In this document: piece by piece, positions 27,615 through 35,930 of the stretch
Layout: each line of letters begins with the position of its first letter
How positions within the stretch are numbered: the stretch's first letter is position 1
NCBI GenBank assembly: GCA_050733695.1
Contig: JBOHTO010000026.1
Span: 1 to 41,443 of the forward strand
DNA from: Gemmatimonadaceae bacterium
GTDB taxonomy: Bacteria > Gemmatimonadota > Gemmatimonadetes > Gemmatimonadales > Gemmatimonadaceae
Reading direction: 5' to 3'
DNA: 41,443 nt
Notes under the pieces: model-generated
The model's database searches: none
What the model saw: the letters and a program-made list of their open reading frames with translations, nothing else
Told to the model about the DNA's origin: nothing
Made by a program: the position numbers and the translations under genes

Positions 27615-28598
27615 TCAGCGGCGCGATCGCCTGGATGCCTTGCCTCGACTTCCGCCCGCGCGCCTCGAGCTCTTCTTCGAGGTTCGTTTCGTCGACGCAC
27701 GCTTCTTCGAGGCAGCCTTCCTGGCGGTGCCCTTTCTCCCGGCCGTTCTGCCAGTGCGTCGTGTCGATGCGCCCCTCTTCTTCGCGCTCCTGCCTGCCGC
27801 GCTCTTCTTCCTTCCCGTGGACTTCCTGGAGGCGGACTTCCTGGAGGCGGACTTCTTCGCGGATTTCTTCGCGGCACTCTTCTTCGCGGCACTCTTCTTC
27901 GAGGCACTCTTCTTCGAAGCGGGCGTCCCGCTCGCCTTTCCTGCCGCGCGCTTTCCAGCGGAGCCCTTCTTCGTGCCGCCGGCCGTTGTGCCGGCCGGCT
28001 TCGGAGTAGCGCTGCCGCCCCCCATGGCTCCGGTGCCACCTGCAGCCGACGGTCTGATCGCTGTCCCGGAGGTCTGTGTGGTGCGCGGCGTGTCGCGTAG
28101 CGCGCCGCCGGCGGGCCCACCGCTCCCAGTCCCACCGCCCCCCACTCCCGCTGCGGCCGGCGAACCGCGGCCCGCGCCGCCCGGAGAACCACCGCCTCCC
28201 CGCGCAGAGCCAGGGGTTGCTCCGCCCGTTGCCCCCGCTCCAGCAGCCGTGCCCCGTGCCCCGCCCGCGCCCCCCGAGCCGGCTGTGCCGCTCACGCCGC
28301 CTCCCGCGGGCCGCGTGCCCCCGACCGGCCGCGACGCACCCATCCCATCGCCGCGGCTCACCGCCGGGAGCTCCGCCGTGTCCTCCTCTTCGGCGGGTTC
28401 TTCCTCCTCCTCGGCATCGGATTCCTCGGCGCTGTCCCAGAGGTCGTCGCTGTCGTTGCGAGTGATTCCCCAGCCGCCGTTTTCATCGTCGTCGTCTTCG
28501 TCGTATGAGGAGCCGCCTCCACCGTAGCCGACTTCCTCTGAATCTTCGTCGCGTTCCGAGAAATTGAGCTCGTCGTTGAACCCGTCACCGCGCGGCAT
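27615..28598 (-). CDS. Disordered polyampholyte protein: acidic N-terminus, Gly-rich centre, histone H1/AlgP-like Lys/Ala/Ser-rich C-terminus
   Basis: Start MPRGDGFNDELNFSERDEDSEE… (ATG 28598) preceded by AGGAGG. D/E-rich block (…DDDDENGGWG…EESDAEEEEEPAEEED…). A long G/A/T-rich stretch follows. Then KKSASKKSAAKKSAAKKSAKKSASRKSASRKS…RRSRR. The alternative same-strand frame (27194..28192, RRVPRRRVP…) would overrun the downstream gene and is rejected. Confidence 0.6.
   Translation of the reverse strand: MPRGDGFNDELNFSERDEDSEEVGYGGGGSSYDEDDDDENGGWGITRNDSDDLWDSAEESDAEEEEEPAEEEDTAELPAVSRGDGMGASRPVGGTRPAGGGVSGTAGSGGAGGARGTAAGAGATGGATPGSARGGGGSPGGAGRGSPAAAGVGGGGTGSGGPAGGALRDTPRTTQTSGTAIRPSAAGGTGAMGGGSATPKPAGTTAGGTKKGSAGKRAAGKASGTPASKKSASKKSAAKKSAAKKSAKKSASRKSASRKSTGRKKSAAGRSAKKRGASTRRTGRTAGRKGTARKAASKKRASTKRTSKKSSRRAGGSRGKASRRSRR
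27815..27920. repeat. Short tandem repeats (GGACTTCCTGGAGGC x2; GGCACTCTTCTTCGC x2-3) encoding the KKSA repeats
   Basis: Read directly from the sequence. Confidence 0.8.
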
Positions 28599-28863
28599 GA
28601 CCGCCTCCTGTCTAGTGAGTTGACCGAGCCGACGCATCAGCGATGCGGCGCACCGACATGGCGCCGGGTCGTTGCAGGTCGCGTGCCCTGCGTCGGAGAT
28701 ATGCGAATGAGTGTGAGCACCCCGCGTCGAGATGCACACCTGCGACACACCCCAATACACAAACGCGCCCGATCCGTCAAGATCGGGTGCGCGTCAGGGA
28801 AGACAGACCGGACTCCAGCAGAACCGGGATGGGTATCAGCGGGGGGCCGTGGTCACGGCTCGA

Positions 28864-29994
28864 TCAGCGTCGATCGTCGGACAGGAAGGTGAGTGCCTTG
28901 CGGCGGTTCACCACCTCGCGCATCGCGTCGTAGATGTGCGGGTCAAGCAGGCCCCCGCGATGGGTACCGAGCAGCTCGACCGTCTGGGTGGGGGTCATCG
29001 GCTCGCGGTAGGCGCGCTTCGAGGTGAGGGCGTCAAAGGCATCCGCTGCGGCGAGAATCCGTCCGCCGATCGAGATCGCATCGCCCTTGATGCCGCGTGG
29101 ATAACCGCTGCCGTCCCAGTGCTCGTGATGATCGAGGACGTACTGCATTGACGACCCTATGTGCTTGAGTGGTGCGAGAATGTCCATGCCGATCCGGACA
29201 TGATCCTTGACGTGGGCGAATTCCTCGGGCGTGAGGGTCGCCGGCTTGTTGAGCACCGCCTCCCTGATCCCGATCTTTCCCACGTCGTGGAGCCGTCCAG
29301 CCAGGCGGATCTGTTCCACCGTGTCCTCGTCCAGCTCGAGCTCGTGGGCAATTGACGCCGCCAGGTCGGCGACACGCGCGGAGTGACCGCGCAGGTATAC
29401 ATCCTTCGCCTCCATCGCGTTGATCAGGGTTTCCGCGACGTTGATCGTCAGACCCCTGAGCGCCAGCTTCTCGCGTTCGAGCTCGGAAGTGCGCAGCGCG
29501 ACTTCCTCGCGGATCATCTGCTCCACACGCCGCTGCTCGATCATGAGCTCGCGCCTATGGATCGTTCGGCTCACGGCCTCCAGCAGGTCCTCGAACTCGA
29601 TCGGTTTCATGAGGTAGTCGAACGCGCCGCGTGACAGGGCCTCGGTGGCGGTGGGCGCGTCGTTCACGGCAGTGAGCATCATGATTCCGAGTTCGGAATC
29701 GACACTCATCGCGCGCGGCACCACATCGATTCCGGACATGCCTGGCATCCGGATGTCGCAGAGCATCACTGCAAACCTGGACTCGGCCAGCGCCTCGAGG
29801 GCGGCAGTGCCGTTGTGAGCCGTGTGCACGTCGAAGCCGCGCGAGCGGAGGAACTTCGCCAGCGGCATGCGTATCGCTTCCTCGTCATCAACGATGAGAA
29901 TCCGCACGCTGCCGGCCCTTCCTGCCTGTGGATCTGCTCGCGAGGGACGAGCCTCGCGCCTATCGGCCGCGGTCTGATGAGTCGTCTCTATCAT
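28864..29994 (-). CDS. Two-component response regulator with receiver domain and HD-GYP output domain (RpfG-like)
   Basis: REC (RILIVDDEEAIR…MLCDIRMPGMSGID…DYLMKP). HD-GYP (HSARVA…LHDVGKIGI…HHEHWDGSGYP…DAFDALTS.RAYR). Its start overlaps the stop of the upstream kinase gene by 4 nt. Confidence 0.85.
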   Translation of the reverse strand: MIETTHQTAADRREARPSRADPQAGRAGSVRILIVDDEEAIRMPLAKFLRSRGFDVHTAHNGTAALEALAESRFAVMLCDIRMPGMSGIDVVPRAMSVDSELGIMMLTAVNDAPTATEALSRGAFDYLMKPIEFEDLLEAVSRTIHRRELMIEQRRVEQMIREEVALRTSELEREKLALRGLTINVAETLINAMEAKDVYLRGHSARVADLAASIAHELELDEDTVEQIRLAGRLHDVGKIGIREAVLNKPATLTPEEFAHVKDHVRIGMDILAPLKHIGSSMQYVLDHHEHWDGSGYPRGIKGDAISIGGRILAAADAFDALTSKRAYREPMTPTQTVELLGTHRGGLLDPHIYDAMREVVNRRKALTFLSDDRR

Positions 29995-32516
29995 TCGGGA
30001 ATGCCCGCAAGGGTCGCCGCCGGATACCGATCGACGGGGAGAGAGATGCTGAATGTGGCACCGGCACCGGGCGCACTACGGACGGTGATGCTTCCATCGT
30101 GCGCCTGAACGATGCCGTAGCTCACGCTCAGCCCCAGCCCGGTTCCGGCGCCCTCGGGTTTGGTGGTGAAGAACGGCTCGAAGATGTGCTCCTGAATCTC
30201 GGGCGTCATGCCGGCACCCGTATCGGATATCTCAAGGACGATCCGATCGCGAACCGGGCACGTCGTTATGGTGAGTCGCCGGTTCGTGACCTCCCGCATG
30301 GCATGCTCCGCGTTGGCGATGAGGTTGAGAATCACCTGTTGCAGCTTCTGTTCGTCGCCCCTGAGCATCGGGAGATCATCCGCGAGCACGGTCTCTGTCT
30401 CAATCCCTGCAGAGCCGAATGCGTACGTCCGGAGTCGCAACACCTGCTGCACGATATCGTTCATGTTTACCATGGCGTCGCGGGGCTGAGCCTTGCGCGC
30501 GAACGAGAGCAGGTCCCGGATCACTTCGGACGCTCGATCGGTTTCGCGCTTTATCATGCGGACCGATTCCTCGGAGTCCTCCGAGAGGTTCTCCTGCAGG
30601 AGAAGCTGGGCATAGGCGGAGATGCCGGTAAGGGGATTGTTGACCTCGTGTGCGACGCCGGCCACGAGTTCGCCGAGCGCAGCAAGCTTCTCCGCCTGGC
30701 GAAGCTGCTCGGCCACCCTGCGGTCGTCGGTGAGATTTCGCACCCGAACCACGAGACCAACCTGCTGGCCATGCTCGTCCGCGATGAGACTCCACGCAAC
30801 CGCGGCGGGAAACTCGCTGCCGTCCTTGCGGCGCTGTACCCTTTCGGTGGTCCAGACTCCGCCGTCGGAGAGCGCAGAATACAGTGACGCCTGATCGGCA
30901 ACGCTGGGCTGGTGAGCGACGAGCTGCGCGAGAAGAAGTCCCGTCAGCTCATCCGAGTCGTAACCGAATTCCCGGGCCGCTGCCGCATTCGCATAGATGA
31001 TCCTTGCGTCGGTGGCCACGATGAATACGGGCTGATCCATCGTCGCGAGCGCCGCGGCGAGCATCTGCTCGCGCCCGCGCTGACGACGTTCCTCGGCGCC
31101 GAGCAGGAGAACCTCGACTGCCAGGGCAATGTGGATGGCAACGCGCTCGAGTTCGGCGAGCGCGGTATCGCTGAGCGGAGTCTGCCCGGAATCCGAAACG
31201 CCGAAGGCTCCGATCAGGCCTTGCGACGTCACGAGTGGAATGATCGCACCGCTCTCTGCCGGAACGCGGTGCGCAACGGTGGGGTGCGCGATCTCCCGGG
31301 CGTTCGCGAAGCGCGTCGCCGTATGTGTCGCCAGCGCCGCGACCGCGGCGCTGGAGTTGGCCGGGACCCGGACTCCAGCCAGCTCGCTCGCGCTTCCACG
31401 GGCGGCCACGTAGTGAAGCGGGCTTCCCGCGCTCTCGATGATCCCGAGCGCCTTCCCTGTGGAAGGAACGAGCCCGTCCAGCACGGAGAGTATGGCGTCC
31501 GCACCCTCGGCGACGCTCACGGCGTCGAGTCCGAGGCGGATGATGGCGACGCTAGCCTCCGCATGCTGGCGCTCGCGATGCTCGGCCTCGAACAATTGTG
31601 CGTTCCGGATTGCCGCGGTCGCGTAGTCCGCCAGCGTTGCGAGAGTCTCCTCGTCATGGTCCGTGAATCGTCGACTGTCATTTCCGAAGATCATCACCGC
31701 GCCGATATCGCGATCGCCAGCCCGCAGGGGCGCGGCGATGGCATTGCCGCTGCCGCTGCCCAGTGCATCGGCGCTGTACGGCCAGCGTTCGGCGTTGCGC
31801 CTCAGGTCATCGGTGCGGACGATGCGCCTGAGCCGAATCGCTTCGGCGGCGAACGTGGAGGCGATGGGTACGCGGTCACCTATGCGCCCAGCCACGTCGC
31901 CATGTGTAGCTCGGAGATGGAAATTCTCGCCCTCGATCGACCCGACACGTACGCCTCGGCCCCCGAGAAGCTCGCCGGCCGCGCGGGCGATGAAAGCGAA
32001 CGTCTGCGAGAGATCCAGTGACTCGTTGATCTGCCTGCCGATGGTGGCGAGTGCTCGCGATTCACGGATCGTACGCCGCAGGATCTCGTCCAGGTCGGGC
32101 GTACCGCCGGCCGCGATGGCGATATCCGGAGGCGCTTGTCCGGGTGGAGGAATCTGGGCCAAGTCGGGTGCCGCGCTGGAGACAGGACGGGAGGTTGGGG
32201 GGGGGGCGGGAGGGGGGGCAGCGGAGCGCTGTCCAGAGGTGAGACGCTTCTGCCGATACGACTGTAACCTGGCGTGCGCGGCCTTGACGCGGCGCCGGCC
32301 ACGGCTCAGCGGGTGCCGTCCGGCTTCAGGTGGTACTTGGAGACCGCGGCGCGTCTTCCACGAAGCGGACATCGACCTGCCGCGGGATAACGCCTGCCTC
32401 GAAGCCGCGGTGGAGCAGGAGCCGCACCGCTTCGCGTCCGCGCTCGCCGTAGTCGAGCGTCCATGCGTTGACGTACATCCCCACGAACGTGTCTGCCGCG
32501 CTTCGGTCGAGGCCAC
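29991..32516 (-). CDS. Sensor histidine kinase with tandem GAF domains, a PAS domain, HisKA and HATPase_c; start codon uncertain
   Basis: GAF-like regions (…LDEILRRTIRESRALATIG…; …AIIRLGLDAVSVAEG…). PAS (…PVFIVATDARIIYANAAAAREFGY…RRKDGSEFPAAVAW). H-box HEVNNPLTGISAYAQLL. G-boxes (EISDTGAGM…GTGLGLS). The listed ATG at 32516 would overlap the upstream MqnD gene by ~190 bp, and there is no in-frame ATG after 32326, so the real start is probably an alternative codon downstream of the poly-C/G tract. Confidence 0.75.
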   Translation of the reverse strand: MASTEARQTRSWGCTSTHGRSTTASADAKRCGSCSTAASRQALSRGRSMSASWKTRRGLQVPPEAGRHPLSRGRRRVKAAHARLQSYRQKRLTSGQRSAAPPPAPPPTSRPVSSAAPDLAQIPPPGQAPPDIAIAAGGTPDLDEILRRTIRESRALATIGRQINESLDLSQTFAFIARAAGELLGGRGVRVGSIEGENFHLRATHGDVAGRIGDRVPIASTFAAEAIRLRRIVRTDDLRRNAERWPYSADALGSGSGNAIAAPLRAGDRDIGAVMIFGNDSRRFTDHDEETLATLADYATAAIRNAQLFEAEHRERQHAEASVAIIRLGLDAVSVAEGADAILSVLDGLVPSTGKALGIIESAGSPLHYVAARGSASELAGVRVPANSSAAVAALATHTATRFANAREIAHPTVAHRVPAESGAIIPLVTSQGLIGAFGVSDSGQTPLSDTALAELERVAIHIALAVEVLLLGAEERRQRGREQMLAAALATMDQPVFIVATDARIIYANAAAAREFGYDSDELTGLLLAQLVAHQPSVADQASLYSALSDGGVWTTERVQRRKDGSEFPAAVAWSLIADEHGQQVGLVVRVRNLTDDRRVAEQLRQAEKLAALGELVAGVAHEVNNPLTGISAYAQLLLQENLSEDSEESVRMIKRETDRASEVIRDLLSFARKAQPRDAMVNMNDIVQQVLRLRTYAFGSAGIETETVLADDLPMLRGDEQKLQQVILNLIANAEHAMREVTNRRLTITTCPVRDRIVLEISDTGAGMTPEIQEHIFEPFFTTKPEGAGTGLGLSVSYGIVQAHDGSITVRSAPGAGATFSISLPVDRYPAATLAGIPE
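32186..32220. repeat. G-rich homopolymeric region (G10 at 32197-32206 and G7 at 32212-32218, with flanking GGG runs) in the 5' region of the histidine kinase gene
   Basis: Read directly from the sequence. On the coding (minus) strand it encodes the PPPAPPP stretch. Confidence 0.9.
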
Positions 32517-33195
32517 GCGCGAAGCTCATGGCGTGGTCCAGAGCCGCGTCACGGTGTTCCAAAGCATAGGCAATACTGGCGCGTAAGTGGCGTGAAACTG
32601 CTGCCGTGAGCTCCTCTCCAAGGTCCCGCCGGACAACGTTGCCCCCCAGCGGTAGCGGCAGACCCGTCTCGCCAAACCACCACTCTCCCATGTCGGCCAC
32701 GAGGTGGAGTCCACGATCCGCGTAAGTGAGCTGCCCCTCGTGGATGAGAAGGCCGAGCGGCACATCGCCGCGCGCGACGGCGTTCTCGATCTCGTCGAAC
32801 GGTGTCGGCACGGGCGTGAAATCCGACTCGAACAGGCGCAGTGCAAGGTAGGCAGTCGTCATCTCGCCGGGGATCGCCACACGTGTACCTCGGAGATCCT
32901 TCCGGGTGAGCGGCTCCCGCGCGACGAGGCGGGGTCCGTAGCTGTCACCCATGGAGGAGCCGTGTGGCAGCAGGGCATAGTTGTCAGCCACGTAGCTGTA
33001 TGCGTGGATCGAGATGGCGGAGACCTCGAGATCAGCGCGTAGTGCCCGCTGGTTCAGCGTCTGGATGTCCTGGAGTTCATGGACGTAGTGCAGTCCTTCC
33101 GTGTCGATCTTCCCTTCCGCGAGCGCGTAGAACATGAAGGCGTCGTCGGAGTCAGGACTATGGGCTACATGGATGGTTCGCGGCGAAAGAGCCAT
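32326..33195 (-). CDS. mqnD: 1,4-dihydroxy-6-naphthoate synthase (MqnD; futalosine pathway of menaquinone biosynthesis), MqnA/MqnD family
   Basis: Start MALSPRTIHVAHSPDSDDAFMFYALAEGKIDTEG (ATG 33195) matches the MqnD N-terminal SPCPNDTF.FYAL..GKIDTEG signature. Length ~289 aa. The listed ORF extends artificially to 33399. Confidence 0.65.
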   Translation of the reverse strand: MALSPRTIHVAHSPDSDDAFMFYALAEGKIDTEGLHYVHELQDIQTLNQRALRADLEVSAISIHAYSYVADNYALLPHGSSMGDSYGPRLVAREPLTRKDLRGTRVAIPGEMTTAYLALRLFESDFTPVPTPFDEIENAVARGDVPLGLLIHEGQLTYADRGLHLVADMGEWWFGETGLPLPLGGNVVRRDLGEELTAAVSRHLRASIAYALEHRDAALDHAMSFARGLDRSAADTFVGMYVNAWTLDYGERGREAVRLLLHRGFEAGVIPRQVDVRFVEDAPRSPSTT

Positions 33196-33238
33196 GTCAG
33201 TTTGGAGTGCGTGGCAGAAGGAGTTGATTCGGTGCCCG

Positions 33239-34072
33239 CTATCGGTTCGCCTGTGCGAGCGCGCGGTCGATGTCGTTCCGGTGGCGCTGGTATTCGGGAA
33301 GGTTCCGTTCCAGCTCTGCCGGTGCGGCGGCGATGAGTCGCTGTTCGAAGCGGCGGGCAGAAGTCTCATCGCCGGCGAGCCGTGCAGCGTCGGCCGCAAG
33401 TGCGAGTCCGAGCAGATGGTTCGGCTGTGCGTTGAGGATGCTATCCGCCTGCGCGCGCGCGAGTTCGCGCACGCCGATCACGGCGCCGATTCGGCCGAGG
33501 TCGTAGTGCTGGTCGGGCTCCAGGGGCCCGAGCATCTGGTATGCCGATACGGCCATGGGGGCGAAGAACTGAACGCTGTCGGTCTTCCCCTGTTCGTGCA
33601 GGGTCATGATGCGGTTGAACAGGCGGTCCGCGCGCTCCTGCGGCGACATCGCGGAGATGCCCGGGGCGGCAGCGGGGACAGGAGCGATCGCACCGAAACC
33701 CGGCGCGGGGGTAGCGGACTGGGCACTCGTTCCGCCTCGGGCCACAGCCGACCCCCAACGCTGGCCGGCGACCAGGGCGATGAGTGCCAGCAGGGCGATG
33801 CCGGCCACCGCCCAGGGAAGCGCCGAGGCGAAGCCGCGCGGCTGCGTCGCAGCATGTGTGGGTGCGTCAATGCGAGCGGCTCCGCTGCTGCCGGCGCGGG
33901 TACCGCAGACGTGGCAGAATCGGGAACCAGGCGAGAGGGCCGTCCCGCATTCCGCGCATGCGGCACCTGCCAGCGGGGCACCGCAGCTCGCGCAGAACCT
34001 CCCCCCGCCGGGAACGGCAGGCGCCGAACAGCGGGGGCAGTTCTGCGGTTGTGTGACAACGGAGCCGGTCAT
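33239..34072 (-). CDS. Double zinc-ribbon (DZR) domain membrane protein with C-terminal helical (TPR-like) region
   Basis: CPRCSAP…CASCGAP…CAECGTAL…CHVCG form four CxxC pairs. A TM helix (WAVAGIALLALIALVAG) follows, then an alpha-helical C-terminus. Confidence 0.55.
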   Translation of the reverse strand: MTGSVVTQPQNCPRCSAPAVPGGGRFCASCGAPLAGAACAECGTALSPGSRFCHVCGTRAGSSGAARIDAPTHAATQPRGFASALPWAVAGIALLALIALVAGQRWGSAVARGGTSAQSATPAPGFGAIAPVPAAAPGISAMSPQERADRLFNRIMTLHEQGKTDSVQFFAPMAVSAYQMLGPLEPDQHYDLGRIGAVIGVRELARAQADSILNAQPNHLLGLALAADAARLAGDETSARRFEQRLIAAAPAELERNLPEYQRHRNDIDRALAQANR

Positions 34073-34198
34073 CGGACGGGGAAGTTAACCGATGCGGGCG
34101 TGCGGGTGCAGCAGAAATGGAGAGCGAGCGGGGGAGAGGGCGAGCGGGGAGAGTCACCCGCTCGCTACGGCGCGGCGCACCTGTAATGCTGCCCGTCT

Positions 34199-34624
34199 TC
34201 AATGCGCGTGCTTCCCTCCCGGCGCCGAGATCTTCTCGACCATCTCCTCCGAACGGCTGTCGCTGTCGGCCTTCCGGACGACGTCCGCCTGCGCGATGAT
34301 CCCCACCAGCGCGCCGCGCTCGTCGACGACCGGGATGCGGCGGATCTGCTCGGAGCCCATGACCTTCATCACGTCCCTGACGTCATCGTCCGGCTTGCAC
34401 GTGTGAATGCCGGCGCTCATCGCTTCACTCACGGGACAGTCGGCTGATGTGTGACCCTCGGCGACGTGGCGGATGGCGATGTCGCGGTCCGTTATGACGC
34501 CGACGAGTTTCGTCGAGCCCTCGCGCTCGACAACCGGCAGAACGCCGACATCCTCGCTCTTCATGAGCCGAGCTGCGGCAGTGATCCCTGTCTCGGGCGT
34601 GACAACGCCCGGGTTCCTTACCAT
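34199..34624 (-). CDS. CBS-domain pair protein
   Basis: Start MVRNPGVVTPETG (ATG 34624) preceded by AGGAGA. Two CBS motifs (…VGVLPVVE….LVGVITDRDIA… and …IRRIPVVDERGALVGIIAQADVV). Confidence 0.7.
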   Translation of the reverse strand: MVRNPGVVTPETGITAAARLMKSEDVGVLPVVEREGSTKLVGVITDRDIAIRHVAEGHTSADCPVSEAMSAGIHTCKPDDDVRDVMKVMGSEQIRRIPVVDERGALVGIIAQADVVRKADSDSRSEEMVEKISAPGGKHAH

Positions 34625-34810
34625 GATCTCCTGGGCTTTCACGGGCTTCCTCGCTGGTATGGGGGAGGTCAAGTGAGGCAAGGAGAGTGCCCGGCGAGCC
34701 TTCACTCTCGGAGCGCACGACTCCAGTGCTCTCGGACTCGGACTCGTGGCCGTCACCTCCGCTGTGCCGCTTCACTGGCGAGCCGCTCCGGCTCCCGGTA
34801 CGATTCAGGC

Positions 34811-35083
34811 GTGACTCCAGACAATCTGCCGGGCGGTGATCTCGTCATCGCGGGAATCGCCGATCTGGATCGCGGTGAAGAGACCGCCGCGGCTCTGCTC
34901 GTCTCCATTGGCGCCCCGCGACTCCGCCGACTGGGCTTCGTCATCAAGCGTCCCTTTCCGGACCCGGAGCAGCGCCTCTACCGCATTCTCGCTGGATTCG
35001 ATGGCGCGAGCGCGCACGGTCGCTTCAACGCGCTCATCCGTCGCCTCGTGAGCTTCGAGCGCGCCGCCGAGTGCGCGAGCTAG
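34811..35083 (+). CDS. Candidate small ORF (90 aa, GTG start) overlapping the start of the nucleotidyltransferase-fold gene; speculative partner
   Basis: High GC3 codon bias in frame (…LVIAGIADLDRGEETAAALLVSIGAPRLRRLGFVIKRPFPDPEQRLYRIL…). It overlaps the downstream gene by 13 nt. No RBS and no recognisable domain. Confidence 0.15.
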   Translation: MTPDNLPGGDLVIAGIADLDRGEETAAALLVSIGAPRLRRLGFVIKRPFPDPEQRLYRILAGFDGASAHGRFNALIRRLVSFERAAECAS

Positions 35084-35592
35084 CCAATCGCGCGCTGATC
35101 GAGCGTTTCATGGACGCGCTCGGGAACACCGCGACATCGGGTGTGCGCATTTACCTGGTGGGCGGCACCACAGCCGTGCTTATGGGATGGCGTGCTTCCA
35201 CGATCGACGTCGACATGGTGATGCAGCCGGAGGACGAAACACTCCTCCGCGCGATTCCGGGACTCAAGAACTCCCTCCGGATCAATGTCGAGCTGGTATC
35301 TCCCGCCCACTTCATTCCCGTTCCGCCAGGCTGGGAGGGGCGCAGCACATTCATCCGGGACGTTCGCCGCGTCGCATTCTATCACTTCGACCTGTACGCT
35401 CAGGCGCTAGCCAAGGTAGAGCGCGGTCACCGGCAGGATCTCGAGGATGTGCGCGCGATGCTCGAACGCTCCCTCATCGATCCACGACACGCGTTGGAGT
35501 ACTTCCAGTGGATCGAGCCTGCGCTCTATCGCTTTCCGGCGATCGACCCGGCCAGTTTCAGACGGGGCGCCGAGGAAATTTTCGCGGAGTGA
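35071..35592 (+). CDS. Minimal nucleotidyltransferase-fold protein (AbiEii/DUF1814-like or MNT-like)
   Basis: VRIYLVGGTTAVLMGWRASTIDVDMVM fits the Pol-beta-superfamily hG[GS]x9-13DhD signature. It resembles the LKGGTAL…R.S.DIDL motif of AbiEii-type toxins. 173 aa with an ~80-aa helical C-terminal extension. Confidence 0.45.
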   Translation: MRELANRALIERFMDALGNTATSGVRIYLVGGTTAVLMGWRASTIDVDMVMQPEDETLLRAIPGLKNSLRINVELVSPAHFIPVPPGWEGRSTFIRDVRRVAFYHFDLYAQALAKVERGHRQDLEDVRAMLERSLIDPRHALEYFQWIEPALYRFPAIDPASFRRGAEEIFAE

Positions 35593-35846
35593 ATACGTCT
35601 GCGCACTGTCGCTCATCGATGCGCGGCGAGACTCCCGCTTTGCCCAGGCCCGGCCCGGGTGGATGACGGCAGCGGGGGCCATCCGGGTCCAAATCCCCCT
35701 CAACCCCGGCCCTGAAAGCAACCCCAGCCCTTTGTACGCTGACCGGTCGAGCGTGCTCGTAGAGCACAGTTGTTTGTGCAGAGTGGCAATATGTCCGGTC
35801 AGCGGCGCCACAATGGACAGTACATTTGCACGCACTGCACATTGTG

Positions 35847-35876
35847 ATTGACAGGCCAGGTCATGCGAGCTAGCTT
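35847..35876 (+). promoter_or_regulatory. Candidate sigma-70 promoter (TTGACA - 17 bp - TAGCTT) upstream of glnA
   Basis: TTGACA at 35847-35852, then TAGCTT after a 17-nt spacer. It lies ~55 bp upstream of the GTG start, whose RBS is GAGAGGAG. Confidence 0.35.
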
Positions 35877-35930
35877 CCGGCTTCCCCTTCTCCCAGTCGT
35901 CCACCGTGAAGCCAGAGAGGAGTTCCCCTC

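Noticed and set aside
27194-28192. 332-aa same-strand alternate frame through the H1-like gene (RRVPRRRVP…)
   Set aside because: It would overrun the downstream MerR-like gene and lacks the AGGAGG-ATG start that the chosen frame has.
27535-28527. 330-aa plus-strand ORF (…FFEALFFEA…)
   Set aside because: Antisense translation of the KKSA repeat DNA; a repeat-driven artefact.
30912-32586. Plus-strand ORFs 30912..32021 and 31663..32586
   Set aside because: Antisense to the histidine kinase; no motifs.
33134-34186. 350-aa plus-strand ORF
   Set aside because: Antisense to the double zinc-ribbon gene and MqnD start; Arg/Gly-rich.
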